Origin: Schizochytrium sp. TIO01
Taxonomy: Eukaryota; Protista; Bigyra: Labyrinthulomycetes
Reading direction: 5' to 3'
DNA: 64,000 nt
Assembly: GCA_004764695.1 (NCBI GenBank)
Contig: SMSO01000025.1
Coordinates: forward strand, 1,302,001-1,366,000
This document shows, piece by piece, positions 1 through 11,769 of the stretch. A program made the translations under genes and the position numbers. The notes under the pieces are model-generated. The model did not search any database. It was not told the origin of the DNA and saw only the letters and a program-made list of their open reading frames with translations. Position 1 is the stretch's first letter. Each line of letters starts with the position of its first letter.

Positions 1-348
1 TACAATCTGGAACTCTGCTTGCTTCGTATGACGAATTCCCTTCTGGCCTGTGAGAAAAACACAGGGCATACCGCCGAGGTACGCAAAAGCAGCAGCCGTG
101 GTGAAGTTTGTGGCGCCAGGGCCGAGAGTAGAAAGTGCCACTGCCTTTACTTGGCCTGTCAACCGACCAACGGTGGAGCAAATAAAGCCCGCAGCCTGCT
201 CGTGACGTGTAAGGATCACCTTGATTTTTGACTTGCGCAGGGCTTCTAGGACGTCAAGGTTTTCCTCTCCAGGAATGCCCACGACGTACTCAACACCTTC
301 ATTTTCAAGTGCTTTCACCAGCAACTCGCTCACCTTGATCTTCGTCAT
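1..348 (-). CDS. ilvB: Acetolactate synthase large subunit (ThDP-dependent), N-terminal part; gene continues beyond the left edge
   Basis: Manual translation from the ATG at 348 is open to position 1: MTKIKVSELLVKALENEGVEYVVGIPGEENLDVLEALRKSKIKVILTRHEQAAGFICSTVGRLTGQVKAVALSTLGPGATNFTTAAAFAYLGGMPCVFLTGQKGIRHTKQAEFQIV. It has the ThDP-enzyme PYR-domain motifs GIPG, RHEQAA (catalytic Glu), GPGATN, TGQ and FQ. Confidence 0.93.
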   Translation of the reverse strand, partial: MTKIKVSELLVKALENEGVEYVVGIPGEENLDVLEALRKSKIKVILTRHEQAAGFICSTVGRLTGQVKAVALSTLGPGATNFTTAAAFAYLGGMPCVFLTGQKGIRHTKQAEFQIV

Positions 349-1989
349 TGTTCTGCTTTCACAAAAGCGTATCTTTACAAATCGCTATATCCTTCGTCTG
401 AAGAACTCCAAGCGTAGCGTCTTTCTCGTGTTTTTCGTTTTTTCTGTAATTATGCAAAGCAGCTTTAGTATCCTTCTTCTGCTTACAGGAGGTCCAAGTC
501 GCGCTCGCACCGCCACACGGACTTCTCAGCCGAGTGTGCCAACGATCGAGTTTCAGATTTGCCGACCACCCCTCGCAGGTCGTCGAGTCTCTTTCCTGTC
601 GTCACGTTCTTCGCGACTGTCGTTCTGCAGGTCCTCCAAATAAAGAACCCAAGGTCTTCCTCCACAGAACTCTGCGCCCAGTTCCGCTCGAGGCTCTGCT
701 TCGTTTCATGAAGCTCATGTAATGCACCTATCCGAGGATATCCTTCAATCTCAACAGACTGAGCTTGCCATGCCATTATCTGCGGTAGCACAGCACACCT
801 CACCATTCAGGGTCATAGACCAATACCATCACTGAGCAGAGGGCCTCTGACGCCGATTCTGCTCCGACTGATTGTGATTGCTCGCAGCGTACATGCACGG
901 CCGTCTGGGATGCCTGGTATGGGTTGAGCTCGGGCTCGGGAGTGGTTGAGCGAAGTGCCGAGCAGGCTACCCAGTCCCACTGACCGACAAAGCGACGCTC
1001 GCCTTCGCCGGAGCCTCGCAGGTGTCGAGGACGAGCAAGTTGGAGGCGAATCTCAGCCGCTCTTGCCAGCAAAATCTTCAACCCTCAGGTTCTAAGGCTT
1101 GGCCAAGGTTCGAGCTTTTTGCGGTGCATCTTTTGTGGAAGCGAAGTCAGTTGCAAGAACCTCAGGCCTACGATGACGACAGTCATGACGGCGAGGAGGA
1201 GGAGGAGAACGTCAATGATTTCATCGTGATGACTGCTACTCTGCTGTGAGCCACTGCGAATCGCAAGGGGCTGAAGCTCCTGGCGCAGCTGGCGTGCTGC
1301 TCGCAAATACGAGATTCGCAAATCCTCGCAAATACAAGCAAGGTTTGTAACCTCGAAATATTTACCTAGAAGCTTGGAGTGCCTCATGGAAGCAACGTCC
1401 ATCGTACATGAATGTTATCTCGATTATGCGGGGAAACTTTTGAGAGGTATTTTACTTGAGATCTTTTTGGATAGGTGTTGGCGAAGCACACGTTGCTGTA
1501 GACAAGCAAGCAGCGCCTGCGGCAAAAGGGGCTATGTATGCCGAGGTTTTGAGAACCTTAACATCAATTTAATTAAAAAAAAAAACAAAAAAAAAAACAC
1601 TCTAATAAATTGCCTAAATCATTTTTATTTATTTATTTTAAATGCACGTACAGGGCATACAGCGTCTGAGGACATGGAAATGCATTTTTATATCAAAATA
1701 TACAGATACAGGCATTTCCAACCAAACTTTTAACGTGGGTCGAAACTCAAACCAAGACCATTCGTTGTTTGAGCCAACAAGAGTATTAGCGTGTACCTAT
1801 CTACCTGCAGCGTTGGTTGGTCCTGCAAGTCTTGCAAAAGAGGGTACTAAACAGGGAGTGACGCGTAATCATGTAAGTAAGATTTTGTATCACTTGATAT
1901 TTTGGTCTAAGATTGAGATGTCTCCGTAGAATATATCTATCAGCCACGGCAAGTGCAAAGTTATGGAGGTAATAGCTGGGTTGCTGCCT

Positions 1990-2890
1990 AAGCCAATGAC
2001 AAAAAGTACGCTGGGACCTAGGGACCTGCAATTGTTATCATAGTTCCAATGTGTTGGAGTCGTTAGTGGTTTAGCTTGAGTAGCTACGCTGCCTTCATCA
2101 CTGACATGGTGTACCCTAACCATTTTCTCCCACTTTCTATGAATAATCAGCATGACTAGTTAATCTACGATTAAAGAAATCTGTCGCCTTGATCTCTTCT
2201 TTGTACTTACCACGACTCAGCAGTCCACAAATGCACATATATTTCACGGATACAAATATCTATATCTGCAAATACTAGTCCAATGCTTTTTTACTCATAG
2301 AACTCCTGCAGCTACAGCCAATGTTTGCTGAAATCGATGAGTGTCGCTGGCACTTTTTCAGGGAATTCACTGAAAAAGAAATAAGTAAAGTCTGTTTATA
2401 AACTTCGATACAAAATTGCTTAGCTTGGGTTGTTCAGTTCTCCAGGAGGGTCAGCGGGTCCATAACAATAGGTCGTAATGATTCGTCGAGCAAACATTGA
2501 ATATGGCTGTGCGATTATTTCATCATCTGTAACCTGCTGGGGTTCGCAACTTTACGATATGGACATCTGCAATTCTATTCGAGATGCTGGAGTGCTTGTG
2601 TGTTTGCAATACACTGAATGAACGCATGCCCTTAGTCTGAGGATTCGTTTCACCAGCCAGTCATGTCTCTCAACGTGTAGTTCCCTGCGCTTTCCGCAGC
2701 GCTAAAGCTATAGCTGTGGGTGCTCTTACAGGAACTAGCATCATGATGGCCGAGCGCTGTTCCAGTGTGATAGTTTCACCAAGTTCTGTTGTCCTATAAC
2801 TGAGATTTTCTGTACGGAAGATGGCGTGTCCTTGCTGTACGAGTTTTCCTGACGACAGTAAGGTCCCAGAAATATTAGGTGCCATTATGT
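1990..2890 (-). mobile_element. Highly degenerate Ty1/copia-like retrotransposon pol remnant
   Basis: APNISGTLLSSGKLVQQGHAIF (~2820-2885) resembles the copia protease-region consensus P-x-l-x-x-nLlSvgkL-x-x-x-G. Downstream KMVRVHHVSDEGSVATQAKPLTTP (~2050-2125) resembles the copia RNase H C-terminus (i-v-hv-t...ADilTKpL). The order is correct, but there are many stops and the spacing is far too short for an intact pol. No LTRs recognised. Confidence 0.4.
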
Positions 2891-5800
2891 TCTAGTTTCT
2901 AGTTCCTCAGAATCGAAATCAGTAGGCTTTCCCCCACCATCCTGGTTGGGTGAGGATGAGCTCGAGCTCTTGCTTGACTTGTTCCCTTATTCGCTCATTG
3001 TATTACTGTCCTTGACAACAATAGCCTAGGTAGAACGTCGGTGGGTAGGCATCTAAACTAAGTGTTTACTTTTTACCTCCAGATGCCATTTCACAAATAC
3101 TTGCACTTACGACTATGATTCTGCCCTGAGATCTTCTGGAGATCCCTCTACATCTTAGGCCATAATTGGCATCAAATTAGCGCGATTGTAAAGTCTGCAG
3201 ACTCCCAGAAGAGGGGCTACTGGTTGAGAAAATATTTAACAATAAGCTATTTATTACACATAGACATAGCTCTTTAGAAACAAAGCAAAGTGGCTATAGC
3301 TAATTTAGGAAAGAAATGAAACGATGATCGATGTTACTTTGATTTGATCTGGGCTTTCACGCAAGCAGGTTGGTAGTTAGGCGCAACCCTTGACTTAAGC
3401 ATCCGTCTTCATTCAGAATTTTCATCAAGAAGGAGGCGGAGGTTTAAGCTATTACTAATGTGTGCATTTTCTAAATGAAATGTAGTTTGTCTTCCCAGTT
3501 GCAAGACGTAGTAGGCACCGAAGCTTGTTTGGCTTATTACTTGTAGGAAAACGAAAACCCTGCATTTTGCGATTCAATAATTGGGTAACCCAACAATGGT
3601 CTGTAATGCCAAAAATCGGGAGGTAACATGCCAAAAGAGGAAAACTGCTTAGCACTTCGAGCATACTGACAAATGCTCAATTCGACTTACCTATTCCCTG
3701 CTATCAGATAATTCAGCTTTAACTGCCATCACCCTTGTACGCTTGCCGTTCTCATCACCGTTTGTTGGGAGAAGAAGAACGTTGTTTTCACCCTTTGTGA
3801 AACCTGACATGACTGGAAAAACTTTTAGAATTACACTTCAGGTAAAAGCGCGTCCCGTATCAATTTTGAGAAAGTCATTGGCTCTGTATACTCCGTGTTG
3901 CACGTATCTAGCTGTACCTAGGTATTACGCTTCATAGAAGACTGCCTAATACACGTAAAACCTTTGCACAATTGGATTAGCTCCAAAACGGCAAAGCTAA
4001 AATCACCACATCCACGCAAACTGGTTCCTGAATATAGGTCTTGAGTCGTCAGCAAACCCACCATTCAACACAGTTCTGAGCTTATGTAACCTCGAACGGA
4101 TCCATCCATCTCCTGTGCATGTTGTCACCTTCCTTCAACTTAGAATGCACAAATTTCTTTCCTTTCCCTTTCTCGGCACGTAACCCCTCCCTTGAGTTGC
4201 TTTTTTATTGTTACGTCAGCTGATCGCGCTTTATTCGCCTTTGCTTCCCAGGATTGGCCTCCACAGATACAAGTGTATCTTTATGCCCATAGTAATTAGT
4301 ATCTGCTTTCACCCCGCATTCGTTATTTTTTCACCGGCGCGCCTGCGAACGCTCTGATCAAGTCCGTGGAAAGCGCTGAGAGGCCGTGGGCTCGGCCTGA
4401 AAGCAGCACCTTTCGGTGAGGTTAGTGAAGGGAAGTTCTCGCCAGTCTCGACTCTTCTGGCCGCGTCTCCAGCTCAAAGGAGCAGCACACGATGGAGATC
4501 ACAAGGTTACGCACGTGCAGCCTCTGCAAAAGAAAGAGAAAATATCTACTACTACCTACACTTTTTTAATTTCAATTTTAAAACTCTGATAGTTTTCATT
4601 GCTAGTCATATTGTTATGAGTATCCCTTTAGGCCTATCTAGTTTTCGTTTTCGTTTTCGTTTTTAGTTTTTATTAGTTTTTTGTTTTCGTTTTTTAATTA
4701 TATTTTTATATGTGTATTAAATAGATAAATCAAGTAAAATCATAAAAACTGAAAGATACTTATTTTGATTAGATACATAACTTGAGATGAACGACTTGAA
4801 CTTGAAATGAAAAAGACTCTCTCTTTGCTTTTCTTTTCTTTTCTTTTCTTTTCTTCTGTTTGGTAAATAATAACAGTGATAATAATAATAATAGTGGAAA
4901 ATGAGGATAAAACTTTACAGAAAAGCCAATAGTAAATATGATGCAAAATACACGTGGTCGTGTACACTCGAAGTATTTTATCCTCGCAAACAAACAAACA
5001 AACAAAAAATGAATGAGCCCTCTCGAATTCACAATTTCACGATGACAAGGACGGCCATGATATTCATGCTCCATAAAGACACCGAGCCTTAACTTTTGGG
5101 TACCCAGCAGGTTTCTCTCTGTCAGGCCGCAGCCAAGAAAATGCGACTAAGGCTTGTTTGAGTGAGTAACTGGCTATGCCTTCTAAAATCTCAGTTTTAC
5201 CTCGATTTTACTTCATCTGATATCCACTCACTCAACCTAAAAACTACTCTAGAGAAAGAAATAAAGAAAAGAAAGAAAAGAAAGAAAGATAGCAGTGTGA
5301 AAGTTGCTACTACGCACTAGAAGGTGCCTATCAGTAGTACTAATCAAAGATGGCTGTGACTTACATCTCTTCGTTTCCTGGCACTACTATAGAGAATGTA
5401 GGTAGTCTAACAACAACAAAGAAGCTGTCAAACCAGATTCTTTTGAGTGGAAAACGCTTCGCCCCTTTGCTTTCTCTCTCGCCGGTTAGAGTTAACGAGT
5501 TGAAGCCTTTTGGCTGTTTTTTGGGTCATAACGGAAGGCAAAACAATCGATCGATTAATCAATCAATCACTCATTGCTGGTTCGACTACCTACCTATATC
5601 TATCTGCTATCCATACAGGAACTAGTTAGTATCTATCTATCTATCTATCTATCAATCAATCAATCACTCTATGTACTTGAAGTAGCATTGATTTCCAGTT
5701 CTTCATGGGCGTTCTAAATGTTATTATGAACGAGGGAATTCCACGAGCATACTAACTACACTACCTCCCTCAAGTTGAGGTTGAGAAGCTGAGCGTAATC

Positions 5801-5941
5801 TGATTTGATCTTCATTGGCCTCGGTACCTATCAGCTCAAGTTTGGTTTAATGCCAGGCAGAGGCTAGGCCCCAAACCTGTGGCTTTGCCCATGAGTGTCT
5901 GGTCTCAACACTCGATTCGGGATCGCCGTCATCATCGTGAG

Positions 5942-6012
5942 TATACATACATAAATACATAAATACATAAATACATAAATACATACGTTCATTCATACAT
6001 ACATACATACAT
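5942..6012 (+). repeat. (TACA/TAAA)n microsatellite
   Basis: tacatacataaatacataaatacataaatacat... seen directly. Confidence 0.85.
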
Positions 6013-8195
6013 ATATATACCATGCGTGGTGTATCTCCGCAGATCCCTCTTCGTCTTCAGTGCAGGTTTCAAGCAAATCAAATCAGCTCGACCACACCAA
6101 GAACAACATGCAAAAGTGGGCTTTGGGTACTCGAATTGAGAGGCGGCTGGGTACCTGAGTCGGCCCACTCGGCATCACTCGCTTGCTTGCTCGCTCGCTC
6201 GCTCGCTCGCTCGTTCGTAGTAGGTAGCAGAGCCCGCCTCAGAGGTCTCTCCGTGTTTGCTGATTACGTAAGTTTGGCCACTCCAGTCATTTTATGATTC
6301 ATGTCATACATTCATTCATTCATGGTCCAAGATATTCGTCAAATTGCCGTAATACTCTGGAGTAGTAACAGTTGGCCTTCGACAACTGTGCTCTTGGCTT
6401 GCAGCTCGAGCGTCTTTATTCACTCTAATGGTGCTTATCGCCCGAGTTCGATCTTTGTAGTCAGTCCTCTGCCCTTCTTTGTATTCTTGTGGAAGCCAAG
6501 GTGCCCAAGGCTGATTCAGAACACTGCGACATCGTTTTAGACAAGAAGAAAACCAACTTCAGCTTAGCTGAGCTTAGCTTCGAGCCTAAACCCCGGCTTC
6601 GACTTCAAACTCGAACTCAACAGGATCACCGTGACTTCAATAAGGTGAGATCCTGTGCTGCCTGCCACCCGCGATTCCACTCGGCCATCGCTCGCAACGC
6701 TCGAGGGTGGGCAGGCAGGTACCTGTATTAGTTACACCTCACTCACTCGCTCACTCGGTCGCGATGCTTCCATTCGAATGCACTGCTTCTGCCCCAAACT
6801 AAGCGAACCATACAGTTTGGGACCTCCAAGTTGGTTGTTGTTGTTGTTGTTGTTGTTGTTGTCAGGCTCAGGCTAGACGAGCGCTGCATTTCGAGTGTTT
6901 GTTTCACTGCGCTGTCCAGATTCTCTTGCGAACTCGAGTGTCGCCGGAGTTCTCTCGACCTTGCCCGATTCTAAGTAGGCGCACGCCACGACTGGGAGCG
7001 AGCGAGTTTAACGTGCAAGAGCGATTTGAGTTCCGAAAGGGATCAATCAGCTCGAGGCACCCTCCAAGCGAGTCCAAGTCCGCGACGGTAGAACCTTCAG
7101 CGACAGCTTCAACGTTGAAGTTGACGTCAACTAAAGTTATGTATGTTTACAGCGCTGGAATCGAAGCCGAAGGTTTGGAGGCACGCAACCAACTGCAAAA
7201 AGTTAGATATGTAGGTAAATAGTTCACTCGCTCGCATGCTCAGCCAGCCAGTTTGGACTTTGAGTTGAGGCTTTGCACGTGCCCACTATCTCCCATCGTT
7301 TCTTTGACCAACCAGCCAACCGAGCCCGAGTAATCTCAACTGCTTTGCTGAGCTCAGGGTTTTCTCTCGGAGTGGATTCCCAATAGTTGGTTGCAAGTTT
7401 GCACGTGGACTTATTTTCGGAGGCGTGGGCTGCCGGGCGAGTATAGCATGCTATAACTTGATGTCCAAGTCTGGCCAACTCAAATCACGCTACATACACG
7501 TCATCATTATTGTGCGGCACGGTTCGCAATTCTAATTTCTGATCGACCATCGTCGAGCTGCACCAAGCAGAAGCCGAAAAGCCGTCTCCGTGTGGATACA
7601 TTTCATTACCAATGGGGTGACGATGATCCCCTGGTAGATAGATATTTTGCGAGTTGTGATTTATTGTTCGTGATCACCCACCCTCCGGAAGTCAAGCTCA
7701 ATGGACAAAAAACTTAGCTCAAGGTAGGTTGGCAGGTAGGCAGGCATACGAAGAACTGGGTCTTCAGAATCATGAAAAGCACCGTCATCATCGATAATAT
7801 TCATCATCGCCTCCAAGAAGACGCTAGCTCCCGATGCCACCCAGATGCGAGACAAACACAACCGTCGGCGGGGATCCTCCTCGTCGATCGGTTCGCGTGC
7901 TGGCCACGAGCCCTTCAATTTACGAAAGCGAGACCAGCTGGCTAAACGCCAACTGCGCTTCAACCCGATCGAGCCGTCACTCTGCTGGACCCTGCACTGC
8001 ACTGCACTGCACTGCATGTCAAAAGCCCCTGCCGAAGCACCGCTATGTAGGATGGATTTCTGATCTGAGCCGACTTTATCTCGCGTGCCGAAGCCTCTGC
8101 GTAATTCGAGTGCTGGAACACAGACCGACGTTTGGCCCTTGTCAACGCTGCACGGGTTTCCAATATGCATTAGACCACTTACTTATCTTGAGCGA

Positions 8196-8196
8196 G

Positions 8197-8237
<41 letters not shown>
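8196..8237 (+). repeat. (GTT)n microsatellite, ~14 units; a shorter one lies at ~6835-6861
   Basis: Direct; it generates the spurious poly-L/V/Q/T ORFs in the track. Confidence 0.95.
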
Positions 8238-9519
8238 GGTTCAAGGAGAAGAGATATATTCTGCGTGCGATTCCCTTCGCGTGCAGCAGAGCGAGAATAC
8301 AGCAATAATCGCATATGAAGCGTGTGCCTCTTTCGTTGTAGAATGTGTAAACGTATAAATGTATAAATAGATAAATAAACAACCAAATAAACCAATAAAT
8401 ACTATGTTGTGCATGTACTAGCTAGGCAATGTGTGGGTGGATTGATCGATCTTGACTTTGGGTTCTGCGACTTTGTCAATCATGATATTGGGTTGGATAC
8501 AGCAGCAGGAACCCTCGGTTCCTACGCGTTGAATCTTGAACGAACGAACTTGACCAGTTAGTTATGCATGCATCATACGGACCTCCGAACGCCGCTCTCT
8601 ACACGTAGTACCATGATCATCGGCATGGCCTGCACCAAACACGCAACGCAGTGCAGCACAGGGTTCGGCAAATCTAAATCTGCAAAGCATTCTGTCTGAT
8701 CGAGAGGCACATTTACAAAGAAGAATCCATCGTGTTAAAATCGATTAACACCAGTTTCTTCGCGTACGAATTACCGGTCTGGTCTGTCTTTGATCCACTC
8801 CAGTGCTCTGCCCTTTGCGTCTCCAGCATCGAGGTCTCCAGGCATTGTAGATGTCTAGATTGCGGCAGCGACCTGAGTCTTGGCTAGCTTCTCCTTCATC
8901 CATAAATTAACACCGCAGCACTAGAGGGATAGCTAGCGACTGGCTACCATCTACTCGAGAGCTGCTCTCTACAGAAAAAAAGAAAAGAAAAGAAAAAGAA
9001 AGCGCCCCCGTTCTTTCCACTTGGAACGTTCTGGCTGAGTCCTGCCCTTTCTTCAAATTTTCTTCCTTCAGTCCTCTCGCGATACGCGCTGTCCGGTATC
9101 CGCGTGCCCCCCACTTTGTTAATTCTGAAAGTTTTCTTCTATTGAATTAATTAAAAACAAAAAGTAAATAAATCAACAGAGAATTGAACAAAGACAAGAC
9201 AGGACAAGGCAGGACTGACTGACTGACTGCTTGCTCTACTACTACTTCTTCTTCTTCTTCTTCTTCTTCGATTGAGGCTCTCTCTTCTACTTCCGCTCCG
9301 CCTCGCAGGCCGAGCGTCGTTTGGAGAGGCGATTGATTGAGTGATTGCGTGAGTGAGAGAGTGAGGTTGTCAGAAGAATCGCTTTCTTTGGGAAACCTGT
9401 GTTTTTGTTTCTTTCGATACTCCTCTTCGATTTTCTTTTGACCAACTTTCTTTCAACTTTCTTTTGACTTTCTTTTGACTTTCTTTTCTCCCTATTCTAT
9501 CTATCTACTATCGATACTT

Positions 9520-9537
9520 AGATAGTTAGTTAGATAG

Positions 9538-9572
<35 letters not shown>

Positions 9573-9629
9573 CTTATAGACAGTTCGTCATAGACAGTTC
9601 GTCAGAGACAGTTCGTCAGAGACAGTTGG
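9520..9629 (+). repeat. (TAGT)n microsatellite followed by a 14-bp minisatellite a[t/g]agacagttcgtc, ~3.7 copies
   Basis: Units at 9576, 9590, 9604 and 9618 (last one partial). Confidence 0.9.
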
Positions 9630-11769
9630 ATACTGGGCACGCAAGCCTTGGTTGCTTTCCTTGCTTCGTCCTCGCCCGACAGCGAAGATGCCTGTCAAGC
9701 CCTCAGAGCCCTCGCCGGGAGGCCTCTGGGCCTCCTCTCTGGCCTTTCTGACCTCCATCCCTTCGTCCACGAAAGGTTTCCTGTTTCCGCAGCATTTCGA
9801 GGAGGCCCCTTTCCTCGTTCGCGCGATCGAAGCCACGCCGCCCTCCAAAAAGAACGCCCCCTCTACCGCAAACCATAGCACCCCCGTAGCACCGCCCCGG
9901 AACACCTCCCCACCCCGCGAAGAGAACAGGAACGGTGAAAGGAACGCCGCAACAGAACAGAACAGCGCTCATAAGAACGGAGACGGCGAGAGCGCCGCCT
10001 CCAGCTCCGCGAGTTCCTCCCGCGGCCAGGGCCACGGCAGCAGCCCCGGCGGCTCTGCGGCGGGGTCCCTCCCGGGCAGGCCGCTGCCGTGGCGGCCTCG
10101 CGGCGCCGAGCCGGCCTGCCGTGGCGGCGGCCTGCGCACGGCGCTCTCGAGCGAGGATTCCCAAGGCCAGCGGAATCCGCAGAGGCGAAAAGGAGTCACT
10201 CCTACGGTTTATGGTAGCAAAGGGCGTAGCAGCGGCGAGAGAGACGACCCGTTTGCAGGAGGAGTCGGCGCCCCCGCGAGTCTTTGGAGCCCCGCGAGGC
10301 GCAGGCAGCCGGCGCGAGGCGGGCAGGGGCCAGGCCGCCCCGGGGGCCCGGCGGGGGTCCTGCGGAGGGCCCCCGGCGGCGGCGGCGGCGCGGCGGCGGC
10401 GGCCTTGGCCTTCGTCCACGGCGGAGTTTGCCCTGGTCTCTTCTGTGCAGGCGCCAAAGCAGAAGAAGAGAAAGAAAAAGAAAAAGTAAAAGTAAAAGTA
10501 AAAGTAAAAGTAAAAGAAAACGTAAAAGAAAAAGTAAAAGAAAAAGTAAAAGAAAACGAAAGAGACAGAGAAAGTTTCTTTCACGCAAAAACAGAACTCG
10601 AGCAGAAGAACGATAATAATAGTAATAATAGTACTCAGAAGAAGAAGAAGAAGAAAGAGCGTAATAAGGAACAGAAGGAATCAACGAAGAGAGAACTCGA
10701 AGAAAGCCCTTCGAAAGGAAACGCGCCAAAGGCGAAGGAGGAGGAGCAGGAGAAAGAGCAGAGCAAGCCTCGCGCGAGGCCTCCAGCGCTGAGGAGGAGG
10801 GCCTCGAGCTCGAGCTCTATCCCTATCTCTATCTCCTCCTCAGCGGCGGCGGCCTCTTCGACGCAGCCCGAAGCAGAACGAGGAGAGAACGAGAACTCAG
10901 CAACGCAGGAAAACAGCGAGAAAACTAAAAGAAAAACTCAAACTCAAACAACTCAAACAACTCAAACAACTCAAACTCAAACAAGCGAAGGCGGGGCGGG
11001 CAGGCCTACTGTATGCGGTACCCGCGGCCCTAGCAGGGTCCAGGAAAGCGGCAGAAGGAGAAGAAGAAGAACAGAGAACAGTACAGGAAAAGAGAGAGAG
11101 GGAAGGAGAAGAAAGAAAGAGCAGAAAAGAGGGCGATTTGAAAAGGGTCGAAGCAGTCCATCTCTACAGCGCAAAGAGAGAGAAGAAAGAGAAGAAAGAA
11201 GAAAAGAAAGCAGAAAAGAAAGAGAAGAAAGAAGAGAAGAAAGAGAAGAAAGAAGAGAAGAAAGAAGAAAAGAAAGAGAAGAAAGAAGAGAAGAAAGAGA
11301 CAAAAATCTCTGTTCACGCGCGGCGCCGCTGCTGCTGCTGGTGCCAGGCGCCGCCGCCCTAGGCCCCGCCGCAGACCGCGATCGAGGGCCGCTCGCGGAC
11401 TTCTTCGCGGCGGCGGCGGCTCGCCCCGAGAAGACACCGCCAGACACCGCCGCCTCGCACCCGGCTGCAGCTGCAGCGGCAGCAGGAGAAGGAGGAGGAG
11501 GAGCAGGCGCGGACCCGGCGGCATTCTTGGCATTCTTGGCATTGGCATCGTCCTCGTCTTCGTCAGCAGCGGCACCGGCACCGCCTCAGCAGCAGCAGCA
11601 GACGCATATTCAGACTCGCCACACTGACGCTGCGGCAGCGGTAGCGCTGGCCGCGCGGAAGCTCCCTGCTGCGGACCTCGCCGCTCGCCCGCCACGACGC
11701 CGCCGCCTGCAGCGACACAAGCAGCAGCAGAAGCAGCAGAAGCCGCGGGTGCACACCGCGGGCGGTGAC

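Noticed and set aside
800-1402. Two same-frame minus-strand ORFs separated by TGA (possible selenoprotein or readthrough)
   Set aside because: No recognisable protein family, redox motif or SECIS. More likely the promoter region of the ALS gene.
9576-9629. 14-bp direct repeats as a CRISPR-like array
   Set aside because: Head-to-tail repeats with no spacers in a eukaryotic context; a simple minisatellite.
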